This document shows positions 1 to 9,505 of a stretch of DNA of 64,000 nucleotides, one piece after another (the first letter of the stretch is position 1; each line of letters starts with the position of its first letter). The stretch is from an uncultured candidate division Zixibacteria bacterium (GTDB taxonomy: Bacteria; Zixibacteria; MSB-5A5; GN15; FEB-12), in assembly GCA_963735035.1 (NCBI GenBank), contig CAVTJJ010000003.1:96001-160000 (forward strand), read 5' to 3'. Made by a program: the position numbers and the translations under genes. The notes beneath the pieces were generated by a model. It did no database searches. It saw only the letters and a program-made list of their open reading frames with translations, and had not been told where the DNA came from.

Positions 1-1
1 T

Positions 2-196
2 GATTTCCTCGACGGGATTGCCCGCCACAACTGGGAGCAGTATCGCGGGCTGAAGATCCTGGTGAGCGGCTGCGGAGATACAATCACGCCACCCTGGGCC
101 TTTATGGTGATCGCCTCGCGACTGGTCGGTATCGCCCGATCCGTCCGCTATGGCAACGAACATGACAACGTGGTAGTCTATCGCGAATCGCGTTGA
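2..196 (+). CDS. DUF2480-like protein, C-terminal part (truncated by window edge)
   Basis: Hand translation DFLDGIARHNWEQYRGLKILVSGCGDTITPPWAFMVIASRLVG...; the HxWxQY, C..D...PxWAxM pattern resembles DUF2480. Not in the ORF track. Confidence 0.6.
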   Translation, partial: DFLDGIARHNWEQYRGLKILVSGCGDTITPPWAFMVIASRLVGIARSVRYGNEHDNVVVYRESR

Positions 197-207
197 GGTT
201 GTTAGCT

Positions 208-507
208 ATGCCAAAAATAAAGTTTCTTCCGATCGATACCGAAATCGAGGTGGCCGAGGGAACCACACTCCTCGATGCTGCCCTGGACCACAACATCCCG
301 TTGAATCATAATTGCGGCGGCAACTGCGCCTGTTCGACCTGCCACGTTGTCGTTGAGGAAGGGTACGAGAGTCTGGGCAAAGTCTACGACGACGAGGCCG
401 AGATGCTCGAAGAGGCTTCCGGCCTGACCGCGTTTTCCCGTCTCGCCTGCCGGTGCCTGGTTCAGGAAGACGTGGTGGTTCGAATTCCAGAACCGGAGCG
501 GATCTGA
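208..507 (+). CDS. fdx: 2Fe-2S ferredoxin (adrenodoxin/ISC type)
   Basis: HNCGGNCACSTCHV and SRLACRC cluster-binding motifs. Confidence 0.9.
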   Translation: MPKIKFLPIDTEIEVAEGTTLLDAALDHNIPLNHNCGGNCACSTCHVVVEEGYESLGKVYDDEAEMLEEASGLTAFSRLACRCLVQEDVVVRIPEPERI

Positions 508-571
508 CCTCCTCATTCACGGAATGAACTTTGAGAGTTATTCACCTGAGTTACGGTGGGTTTGTAAGGAG

Positions 572-1519
572 TCACGGAGATACCAGTATTGTTCTATCGC
601 TGCCGACAATCACCCAGCGCTCATGCGACAAGGCGATCTGGTACAAGTCGGAACTGGTTTTCGTCATTATGACCCGCCATTTCAAACCATCAGAAGAAAC
701 CAAGACCTGGCCCTTATTCCCACAGGCAAGAAACTGCTCACCGGTCCATACAATATCATTTACAGGTTGGTATCCAGTCAGCGTATCCGAGTTCCAGTTT
801 ATGCCGTCTGTGGAAGTATGTATCATTATGGTGGTAGAATCGAATCGGTCATTGCCGACGGCAACAAATAAGCTGTCATTGCAGGCCATGTAATCTGTAG
901 TCAGGTATATTCCACCGCCGTTGACTCTGTGAACTGTCCAAGTGACGCCATCAGGCGACGTGTGCGAGAGGAGTCCGTTGGTAGCGACAAACTGGCTGCC
1001 ATTCCAGCAAATCGCGTCTATTCGGTAATTGGTGTGGTATATCCATTCCCAGGTAGCTCCGTCATGAGATGTATATATACCATCTCCCGCAGACACAAGA
1101 GCCAACATTCCAGCCCCGTCCACAATATCCTCCACCGGCCAGCTGTTGCGATAGTTGCATCTTAACCAAACAAGACTGTCTGTGGAGTAGGCGAGCGACT
1201 CGCCGGCCCACCGGGCGACGTACACTCCGGCATAATGATGTAACATGTCCATGTGCCCGGACAAAGCGTTGGCTTTCGCCTTCCAGTTACGAGCATCCGT
1301 AGCAACTAGTGTTGTGTCGGCTGCCGTGACAGCTACAAATCGCATGCCATCCCAAACAATTCCGATAGCTGAAGTCGGTAGTGACTGAACACTCCAGTGA
1401 TCGCCGGGCTTTTGTGGATGGGATTGAGTGGGATGCGAATCATCGTCTGAGCAAGCCACTATCAAAAGTAGCGCAAAAACGAACATCGGACCGATATAAT
1501 ATGCCTTATAGCGTGACAC
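572..1519 (-). CDS. Lipoprotein with BNR/Asp-box-like beta-propeller repeats
   Basis: Lipobox LIVAC; repeated S.DG..W and W.G..FVA motifs. Confidence 0.75.
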   Translation of the reverse strand: MSRYKAYYIGPMFVFALLLIVACSDDDSHPTQSHPQKPGDHWSVQSLPTSAIGIVWDGMRFVAVTAADTTLVATDARNWKAKANALSGHMDMLHHYAGVYVARWAGESLAYSTDSLVWLRCNYRNSWPVEDIVDGAGMLALVSAGDGIYTSHDGATWEWIYHTNYRIDAICWNGSQFVATNGLLSHTSPDGVTWTVHRVNGGGIYLTTDYMACNDSLFVAVGNDRFDSTTIMIHTSTDGINWNSDTLTGYQPVNDIVWTGEQFLACGNKGQVLVSSDGLKWRVIMTKTSSDLYQIALSHERWVIVGSDRTILVSP

Positions 1520-1555
1520 TCTTCTACTCCCTGGTAGAAACCAAATGTTAGCTAT

Positions 1556-1584
1556 ATTATATTACAACTTCGGCCCCGGTGCAA
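1556..1584 (-). promoter_or_regulatory. sigma70 promoter for the lipoprotein gene
   Basis: TTGCAC-N17-TATAAT on the minus strand, about 37 nt upstream of the start codon. Confidence 0.65.
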
Positions 1585-1588
1585 GTAT

Positions 1589-1669
1589 CGTAGCTCAGGC
1601 GGACTTGACGCCTGACACTCGCTCTGAGTTTCGGAAAGAACGTCAGGCCCCGAGTAGGCCTGACCTACG
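1589..1669. repeat. Inverted pair of GTAG-type REP elements (REPIN-like)
   Basis: CGTAGCTCAGGC-GGACTTGAC-GCCTGAC (1589-1616) and, on the opposite strand, CGTAGGTCAGGCC-TACTCGG-GGCCTGAC (1642-1669). Confidence 0.65.
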
Positions 1670-1767
1670 TTATTTGGGGACGTAAACCGCCCCTTTCCTG
1701 GGCGCAATACCTGGGGGATTCTGCCGATAATCATGACGATAGACCGAAATTGTCGGATTGCGTCATG

Positions 1768-2526
1768 ATGCGAAAACTCAGGTCAGAAATCGGCTACACG
1801 CTCATCGAACTGGTGCTGGTGCTGGTAATAATCGGCATCCTCTCCGCAGTCGGTCTGCGCTCTCTGACAGCGGTAAACCAGACCGCCCGAACCGAAGAGA
1901 CCCGCCAGGAGATGGATCGTCTCGCCCACGCCATCGCCGGGGACCCGACTCTGACCGGTGGCGGCACGCGCACCGATTTCGGCTATATCGGCGACAACGG
2001 GGGCCTTCCGGCGAATCTGGACGCCCTCGCTTCCAACCCCGGCGGCTGGACCACCTGGAAAGGGCCGTACATCACGAACGAATTTACTTCTGGAGGCGGC
2101 TCGACCGATTTCAAATTCGACGCCTGGGGAAAGGCCTATACTTTCACGGGTGGCAATACGATCACGTCCTCGGGAGGCGGCACGACTTTGACCCGCGCCG
2201 TGGCCGGCTCAGCGGGGCAATTACTTTACAACCGGGTTCGTCTGGTAATTACCGACATCGATCATACTCCCCCCGGCCCGACGTACGACGATTCATTGAC
2301 GCTGGTGCTGACCGTCCCCAATGGTGGCGGCGGGGTAACCAATCGCTCCCGTCGGCCCAACCCCGATGGCACGGTCACGTTTGATTCAATTCCAATCGGC
2401 GTTCATACCCTGCGCCTTATATATGCACCCACGTTGGACACGCTGACTCGAAAAGTGGTCGTAGAACCGGCGAGTGACAGCTACCTCGACATTTCGATGG
2501 CCGAAAACCTCTGGTGGGGAACTTGA
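1768..2526 (+). CDS. Prepilin-type N-terminal cleavage/methylation protein, GspG-like head plus beta-sandwich domain (paralog 1)
   Basis: G|YTLIELVLV leader; LPANLDALASNPGGWTTWKGPY...DAWGKAYTF GspG-like segment. Confidence 0.85.
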   Translation: MRKLRSEIGYTLIELVLVLVIIGILSAVGLRSLTAVNQTARTEETRQEMDRLAHAIAGDPTLTGGGTRTDFGYIGDNGGLPANLDALASNPGGWTTWKGPYITNEFTSGGGSTDFKFDAWGKAYTFTGGNTITSSGGGTTLTRAVAGSAGQLLYNRVRLVITDIDHTPPGPTYDDSLTLVLTVPNGGGGVTNRSRRPNPDGTVTFDSIPIGVHTLRLIYAPTLDTLTRKVVVEPASDSYLDISMAENLWWGT

Positions 2527-2528
2527 GT

Positions 2529-3773
2529 ATGGCCCCACTCAAAACCATACGCGGCTTCAGCCTGATCGAGCTGCTCGTGATCATCGTGGTGATCGGGATT
2601 CTCGCCGGAGTTGCCATGCAATCGATGACCGCCTCAGTAGAAGACTTGCGCCGGGTCAAGACCGAGCGTGAGATGGAGATGCTGTCGCGGGCGATTGTCG
2701 GCGACCCGTCGCTTGTGCAGAACGCGCGCCGCTCGGATTTCGGCTACGTGGGAGACATTGGCGCTTTCCCGCCCAACCTGCAGGCGCTGTATCAAAATCC
2801 GGGGTTCGCCACCTGGAACGGGCCGTACATTCCCGCCACCTTTGCACAGGACAGCACCGGATTCAAGACGGACGAATGGGGCCGCGCATATACCTACTCC
2901 GGAGGCATCACCATAACTTCGACCGGCAGCGGAGCCACGCTCACGAAGAAGATCGCCGACGCTACGTCAGACTACCTTCGTAACCGTGTCACTGGGACGA
3001 TAACCGACGCCGCCGGGGCAACTCCGGGTGCAACCTACGCCGATTCAATCAACCTGGTCGTCACCTATCCGAACGGTGCCGGGAGCATCGCCACGAAGAC
3101 ATATCATCCGCTCGCGTCCGGCGATTTTGTCCTGGATTCTCTACCGGTTGGAACGCATTTGCTTCGGGCTATCTACCGACCCGACAATGATACCATCCAG
3201 CGTTACGTGACGGTCTTGCCTCGCAACCGAAGCACGGTGGTCTATCAATTTGCTACGGATTGCCTCGGTGAGATAGCAGCGCCGACCTGCGACAGTTCCG
3301 GCACAATCACACTACGGCCGATGGCCCCCGGCCGCACCGGCCTCAGCCGTCACGGCGCCAAGCCTAACTGGCGATGTGTAAGGGAAGTCACTTCGGACAA
3401 CAACAAGACGTACGTTTACCGTAGCGGCTCGTACGCCACCGACGCCTACGCCATAGGCGATGTAACCGCGACAACCTGCCGGATTGCGAGTGTGGCCGTG
3501 TACGCTCGCGCCATGAAGACTTCGTCCGGCGGAACCGGGCTTCTTCGGACGGTCATTCGGATCGGGTCAACCAACTACCAGGCTCCCGAGACAGCCGTAA
3601 CCAACACCTGGGCGATGTACAGCGACTCATGGGCTACGAATCCTGCTACGGGCGTAGCCTGGACCTGGGCCGATATCGACAATCTTCAGGCGGGAGTCAG
3701 TCTATATTCGAGTTCAGGATCATTCTCTACCAGATGTACGCAGGTTTATGTGGTGGTCACTTACGCGCCTTAA
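2529..3773 (+). CDS. Prepilin/GspG-like protein with extra C-terminal domain (paralog 2)
   Basis: G|FSLIELLV leader; same scaffold as paralog 1; extra ~160 aa Cys/Trp-containing domain (TNPATGVAWTWADIDNLQAGV). Confidence 0.85.
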   Translation: MAPLKTIRGFSLIELLVIIVVIGILAGVAMQSMTASVEDLRRVKTEREMEMLSRAIVGDPSLVQNARRSDFGYVGDIGAFPPNLQALYQNPGFATWNGPYIPATFAQDSTGFKTDEWGRAYTYSGGITITSTGSGATLTKKIADATSDYLRNRVTGTITDAAGATPGATYADSINLVVTYPNGAGSIATKTYHPLASGDFVLDSLPVGTHLLRAIYRPDNDTIQRYVTVLPRNRSTVVYQFATDCLGEIAAPTCDSSGTITLRPMAPGRTGLSRHGAKPNWRCVREVTSDNNKTYVYRSGSYATDAYAIGDVTATTCRIASVAVYARAMKTSSGGTGLLRTVIRIGSTNYQAPETAVTNTWAMYSDSWATNPATGVAWTWADIDNLQAGVSLYSSSGSFSTRCTQVYVVVTYAP

Positions 3774-3782
3774 GGAACGGCC

Positions 3783-4937
3783 ATGTTCAGACAGAAAAGC
3801 ATAAATAGCGGCGGCTTTACTCTGATCGAACTGGTTTTGGTTGTAGTAATAATCGGACTGCTGGCCGCGGTGGCAATGCGCAGCGGCGGCGCTTTGTTTG
3901 AGTCGGCCAAGCTGGAAGAAACCAAGCAGGAAATGACCGCGTTGGCCTGTGCCATAGCCGGCAACCCGGAGTTGCAGAGCAATGGTGTACGCAGCGATTT
4001 CGGCTACGTGGGCGACATTGGCGCCCTCCCGCCCAATCTCGACGCCCTCTATACCAATCCCGGAAGCTATGCTACCTGGAAAGGGCCCTACATCGGGAAT
4101 AGGTTCGCTCAGACCGCCACAGATTTCAAGACCGACGCCTGGGGCAGGACATACACCTACAATGGCGTTACAATCACCTCGACAGGTTCCGGGACGAGTT
4201 TCGTTCGTCAAGTGGCGGCTACCAGCCCCGATCTGCTGCTCAACAGCGTTTCGGGGACGATTACCGACAACGACGGCACACCTCCGGGAAGTGACTACCG
4301 CGATTCAGTCGAAGTGCTTCTGGCGTACCCCAACGGATCCGGTTCGATGACCAGCGTAATCAGCTTTCCCGACGCCGGCGGATACTTTTCGTTCGACTCG
4401 TTGCCGATCGGAAATCATCGCCTGTCGCTTGTCTATCTGCCGACGAGAGATACCTTGAAGCGCGTGGTTTCGATTACACCGGGATCATCTCCCTATGGAG
4501 ATTATCGCTTAACAGCAAATCTATGGTACGACAGCACGGGAGCGGACAGCACCGGCGGCATCGAACTAATTCCCAATTCCGATACCCTCATGGGGGATTG
4601 TCACGGCTTTACTTTCTGGATAGTCAACAACTCTGGAAGCTCGGTCGATATCAGTTCGCTCATAGCCACATATTCCGGACTGACCGCATACTATCGATAT
4701 GTAAGATGGGGTGGAAGCACTGTCTTCGACCAGAACAATCCCGCCAATGGGAGCGGATCGATAGCGACTTTTACATCTGCCAGAACAATCACCGCCGGCC
4801 AGAGTGTCCAGATCACAATTGACGATTTCAGATCGCAGCCGACCGGCGGATCGCCGGTCAACATCAATAATCGAACCTTCTCAGTAGCATTGTCAGATGG
4901 TTCCACCTTCACCGTTAACACGGGAGGTTGCCCATGA
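3783..4937 (+). CDS. Prepilin/GspG-like protein with a different extra C-terminal domain (paralog 3)
   Basis: G|FTLIELVL leader; same scaffold; extra ~130 aa beta-rich domain ending GGCP. Confidence 0.85.
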   Translation: MFRQKSINSGGFTLIELVLVVVIIGLLAAVAMRSGGALFESAKLEETKQEMTALACAIAGNPELQSNGVRSDFGYVGDIGALPPNLDALYTNPGSYATWKGPYIGNRFAQTATDFKTDAWGRTYTYNGVTITSTGSGTSFVRQVAATSPDLLLNSVSGTITDNDGTPPGSDYRDSVEVLLAYPNGSGSMTSVISFPDAGGYFSFDSLPIGNHRLSLVYLPTRDTLKRVVSITPGSSPYGDYRLTANLWYDSTGADSTGGIELIPNSDTLMGDCHGFTFWIVNNSGSSVDISSLIATYSGLTAYYRYVRWGGSTVFDQNNPANGSGSIATFTSARTITAGQSVQITIDDFRSQPTGGSPVNINNRTFSVALSDGSTFTVNTGGCP

Positions 4938-5671
4938 GATACACACTTGTCGACGCTCGCGGATTTACGCTGATCGAGTTGGTCATTGTGATACTCGTGA
5001 TCGGAATTCTGGCGTCCGTGGCTACTTTGCGCATGAAGGAAACGGTCGACAGTTCCAAGTATGAACAGACCAAGAAAGAACTCGATCAACTGGCCATGGC
5101 TATTGCCGGCAATCCTGAAGTCTACACGAACGGCGCCCGAAGTGATTTCGGATTCGTGGGCGACAATGGCCGTCTGCCGGCGAATCTCGATCAACTGGTT
5201 CAGAACCCGGGCGGTTGGTCGACCTGGGCGGGTCCTTACATGCAAGCGGGCATGGCGGCGGATGATTTCAAGAAGGACGCCTGGAACGCCATCTACACCT
5301 ATGCCGACACACTGATCCGTTCCACCGGATCGGGCGCCAATATCGACAAACGGATTGCGACGTCGTCATCGGCGCTTCTATCGAACAGTATTACGGGAGT
5401 CGTGGTCGACGCCGACCTGCAGTCACCGGGAATAGCACATGCCGATTCGTTGCGGGTACAATTGACCTATCCGAATGGCTCAGGCGCACTGACCACTAGC
5501 ACGATTACGCCGGATGCGCTGGGAAGATTTGCCTTTTCGGGGGTTCCGATCGGCAACAGGCTGTTGCGGGTAATACATATTCCGGCGACCGATACGATGA
5601 GCTACCAGGTCGCGGTCTGCCCGGGTCGTGATGTCGACCTGCAGATTATCTTCCCCGCCGACCTGTGGTGA
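4934..5671 (+). CDS. Prepilin/GspG-like protein (paralog 4)
   Basis: G|FTLIELVI leader; same scaffold; ATGA overlap with paralog 3. Confidence 0.85.
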   Translation: MRYTLVDARGFTLIELVIVILVIGILASVATLRMKETVDSSKYEQTKKELDQLAMAIAGNPEVYTNGARSDFGFVGDNGRLPANLDQLVQNPGGWSTWAGPYMQAGMAADDFKKDAWNAIYTYADTLIRSTGSGANIDKRIATSSSALLSNSITGVVVDADLQSPGIAHADSLRVQLTYPNGSGALTTSTITPDALGRFAFSGVPIGNRLLRVIHIPATDTMSYQVAVCPGRDVDLQIIFPADLW

Positions 5672-5675
5672 TTCC

Positions 5676-5783
5676 AGTGCCCGGTCCGCCGCTGCGGACT
5701 GCTCCTTGGTGCTAGTGCCCGGTCCGCCACGGCGAACTGACCCTTGGTACTAGTGCCCGGCAGATGCCCACATCTGCCGGCTC
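5676..5783. repeat. Three tandem REP-like units (38-bp period)
   Basis: AGTGCCCGG at 5676, 5714 and 5752; last unit is the palindrome CCGGCAGATG-CCCA-CATCTGCCGG. Confidence 0.8.
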
Positions 5784-5820
5784 GTATCGATGCTGCCGAG
5801 CGAACCTCTACAACCCCACC

Positions 5821-6975
5821 CTATGACTCCCGGATCGTCAGTTCAATCCCCCGCCGCTTCAACTGAGCGAAGAATTGCGACGGCTTCACGGCGATCTCCT
5901 GCGGAAGCACTCCACGTGCGGTTATCTGTCCCGAGGCCGCCATGTGAGCAATTATAGCCGCCGGGAACGCGGTGCAACGCATCATGGCTGACAGCCCGGT
6001 CTTGGAGTCTTGTCGATCGACAATCTCATAGGTGATCGACTTATTCTGTCCAGCTTTTTCGCCATCGACTGTCACCCGCACGAGCACCATGTCAACATCG
6101 TTGAAAGAAAGGGCACGGCTGAGAACGCTACGAAACACCGCTCTCGGCTCTACTTGTCGGCCATCGATCTCGACCAGCTTGCGCGACGCCAGTCCGAGCT
6201 CCAGCATAGTTTTCACCGGCGTACAGTGGCCGGGGTAGCGGATCGTCTTGTAGTCCAGGAAATCGATCTTGCCGGCGTAGGTATCGGGCAGGGTCGATGA
6301 ACCACCCGAGGTATAAAACGCCTCAAGCTCGCCGATGCCCTCGAATTCGAGTTGCTCCAGACCGGTCATCGGATTTACCGTGCGACGTTGCCCATTTTCT
6401 AGTATGACACACGGCTCCCAATACTCGTTGATGAGTCCTTCGACCGAGAATACGATCTGGTAATTGAGAGGCGGACGCGGTGACTGTGGCAGTCCTCCCA
6501 CCCGAATACGCGCGGCTTTAACTTTGTCCAGGCGCTCGACCCCGTCGGCAACCATCAGCGACACCATACCCGGAGCCAATCCGCAGTCTGGAATCGCGAT
6601 AATTCCCGCATTGACGGCGTCAGGTGACATCGATAGTTGTTCTTCAACAACATCGTTATTGCCGCCCAGATCGACAAGATGACATCCGGCGGCGATAGCA
6701 GCGCGGGTCAGTCCGGCGTTGTGCTGATAAGTGGTGCAGGCGACGGCCGCGTCGAAACCTTTCAGAGCGGCGGCGACTGACTCTTCAGAGCTTGCATCGA
6801 GCTGTCCGGCGACTGCGCGACCGTCTGAGAACCGGCGGCTCACATCGAGCGCCCGATCCTTCACAATGTCAAATATTGCCAGGTTTTCGACTCCCGCCAC
6901 TTGCGCCAGGTCGTACAAGGCCGCCTGACCCATCATTCCAGCTCCGATAACCGCCATCTTCATTGCTGTCGACAC
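5821..6975 (-). CDS. Saccharopine dehydrogenase / lysine 6-dehydrogenase family protein
   Basis: GAGMMG Rossmann motif, DCGLAPG, RVGGLP, FSVEGLINEY, YKTIRYPGH. Confidence 0.9.
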   Translation of the reverse strand: MSTAMKMAVIGAGMMGQAALYDLAQVAGVENLAIFDIVKDRALDVSRRFSDGRAVAGQLDASSEESVAAALKGFDAAVACTTYQHNAGLTRAAIAAGCHLVDLGGNNDVVEEQLSMSPDAVNAGIIAIPDCGLAPGMVSLMVADGVERLDKVKAARIRVGGLPQSPRPPLNYQIVFSVEGLINEYWEPCVILENGQRRTVNPMTGLEQLEFEGIGELEAFYTSGGSSTLPDTYAGKIDFLDYKTIRYPGHCTPVKTMLELGLASRKLVEIDGRQVEPRAVFRSVLSRALSFNDVDMVLVRVTVDGEKAGQNKSITYEIVDRQDSKTGLSAMMRCTAFPAAIIAHMAASGQITARGVLPQEIAVKPSQFFAQLKRRGIELTIRES

Positions 6976-7072
6976 TCCATTCTAAAGCTTCGTACCCGTC
7001 GTGGGCAGACAATAAGCGGATATGGCGTCGGAAAATCAACAAGCAGTGTTGAGAACGAGAGATGGGCAGGCG

Positions 7073-9245
7073 CTAAAGAAGATGATTGAACTTCCGGAGG
7101 CTCCATTCGATGGCCAGCGCCCCGATGAATACCGCCAGAAGCCAGAACTTTCCCCAGAGCACAAACTCGTTTTCTTGATTCTCTGTAACAGGAAGAAGAT
7201 TGAGTTTCTCGACCGCGGTCCCGAACTGCGAGAAATCGTAGTAGTTCCCGCCAGTAGCATGAGAGATCGATGTCAGAGTAGCCGCGTCACCTTGTTGATT
7301 GAATTCTTCGACCGAGAACGACTCTACCAGAAGCTGTCCATGCGTGGTTTTGAGCGGCTGACCGTCGCGAGAAAGGTTTGCCTGATAGGTATATTTGCCG
7401 GGAGCGAGATTGTTGAATTCAGCGTGGAATTTCCCCGCCTCCGATTCAATCAGATCGACCTCCTGCGGCTCCTGCCCCGCTCCGGCGGTTACTGAGACTG
7501 TGCCGGTTACTCCCGGAATGGGACGGTAGCCGGGATCGAACGCATAACCTTCAAATTTGACCGGCTCACCCCGACGATACACTTCCTGGCTGGGGGCGAC
7601 CCGAACCGGATCGAAATCGTCCTGTACCGTCAGCCAGTTGACCGTGGCCTCGATCATTTTCGCGTAAGGTGACTGACCGACCGGCAAGGCCTGCGGTTCG
7701 AATCCCCACACCCATAGAGGCGAGGCAGCCAGCGCCAGGACCTTTCCCGGTCCCAAACGTCGATAGCCCAGCACGGGAGTCCGCAGACTAACCGATCCGA
7801 TTCCCGAGACAGATGCCAGCACGACACTGCCGGTGGGAACCTGATCACAGGAGAGAAGCATCTTAAACGGAGGCAGACTGGCCCAGGTCTCACGAATCGC
7901 GGTCCGATTCTCGCCCAACCGAACGGCCGGATGAAAGAGTTCCCCCTCGCTCGGCATCGCGTGGAATTGGGCGTAAATCAGCTCGGCCGGAGAAGTAGGA
8001 TAGAACGGCAGGCAGCTCGGTAGTACGAGGAGACGCCACTTTGCCTTTGAATCGCGACCCCAGGAACACCCAGAGTCCCCCACCTCGCTCGGCAAGATAT
8101 GATTTTAGCAAGGGACTGAGATTGTCGAGCCGGGCCGGGTCAGGATCATACATGATGACCAGGTCGTACCGATTCAGTTCGGTTTGTCGGTCGGGAAAGC
8201 GGTCGGCCAGATTGCCTGCTTGCCGACCCATGACGATCAACTTGACATCGTAGCGGTCCGACTGTCGCAGGAAGCGATTCAGAAAACCAACTTCATAGTC
8301 GGCGTTCTCGCAGGCCAGAAGGATGGCCAGGCGGCTCTTGAGGACTTTGACACTGACAGTGCGGGCGTTGTTGTTGGCATCGGTCTCTCCCGGCAACTGA
8401 CCGACTCTCACGTTCAACAGCGCCTGGCCCGGGCGGGACGGCGTATATTTAATCGGGACATCGGCAAATCCGGATTCCTGATCGATCTGCAAGCTCTTCT
8501 CGGCGATCACCCGTCCTGAGTCGAGCAACTGAACAGTCACCGGTCCCGGACTAGCGCCGTTCCAGCGAAGTCTTGTCTGCATCTCGGTCGGCTGGCCCGC
8601 GAAAACCACGGTGTTGTAGTTTACGTCGATGAGGCCGATATCGGCGGCTCCCCCACCTGAGGCCATACCGATGGCTTCGATAGGTGTCGAAAGCCCTGAG
8701 ATAGCGTCGCTCGGGCGAGGTCCGGAGTTGCTGTTACCGTCGGATAAGAGCAACCAGTAGTCCGAACGTTCGGCCAACTGCTCGCGATCCAACTCCTGCA
8801 GGACCGTACCGATCGCGGTTTCGCGGGGGTTGACGTCGCCGGCAGAAGACTTGAGATCGGCACCGAAGTAGCGTGTCGTGATATCGCAGTTCGCCCTCAG
8901 CGCGTTGGCGCTTTCGCTGTTCAACAGTGAATCGACCCTTTGTGATCGGCTGCGGCCGCTTTCGACTCGATCCATGCTGGCGGATTTATCGATCAGAATG
9001 GTAGCACGACGTTTCCGCTCATAATGTCGGGTATAGCTCAGGACCGGCTGGGCCAGGGCGAGTATCAGCGCAACTATAGCAGTCGTTCGAAGAGCAGCCA
9101 GAACAATTCGCAGCCAGCGCGGCAAAGGAGGATTAGTCGTCCAGTACAGCAATCCTGCCAAACTTAGTAGGACCAATCCTCCCAAAAGCACCAACACCGG
9201 ATGGCCGGTGAGGAAATTTGCGGAGATTTCTTTGAGTCCTAGCAT
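7073..9245 (-). CDS. Membrane-anchored vWA / glutamine-amidotransferase-like domain protein, split by one frameshift near 8010
   Basis: N-terminal TM helices, DKSASM MIDAS-like motif, LLSDG, DxNNN Ig-like domain, C-terminal EW..RK. ORFs 7890-9245 and 7073-8095 join (..TTEL-LPFYPT..) if one base is removed. Confidence 0.75.
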
Positions 9246-9275
9246 GCTGTGATATTATACGCCGTCGATCTAGCT

Positions 9276-9449
9276 AAGTGCCCGACAGATACTCACATGT
9301 GCCTTCCGACACGACATTATAGTGCCCGGTCCGCCGCGGCGGATCCACATCTGCCGACTAACTCGCAATCAAAGCGCCCGTCAGATGTCCACATCTGCCG
9401 ACTAACGCGCGACCAAAGTGCCCGGCAGATGTCCACATCTGCCGACTAA
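9276..9449. repeat. Four tandem REP-like units
   Basis: Consensus AAGTGCCCGGCAGATGTCCACATCTGCCGACTAAC with ~10-nt linkers. Confidence 0.85.
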
Positions 9450-9505
9450 CGTGAAATCCCTTCAATTGTGACACAAAAAGATGATACCCGATTGACGGCG
9501 TCGAA

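Noticed and set aside
9276..9449. Possible mini CRISPR array (35-bp palindromic repeats)
   Set aside because: Linkers are only ~10 nt, repeats are degenerate and dispersed at other loci, and no cas genes are present; REP-like instead.
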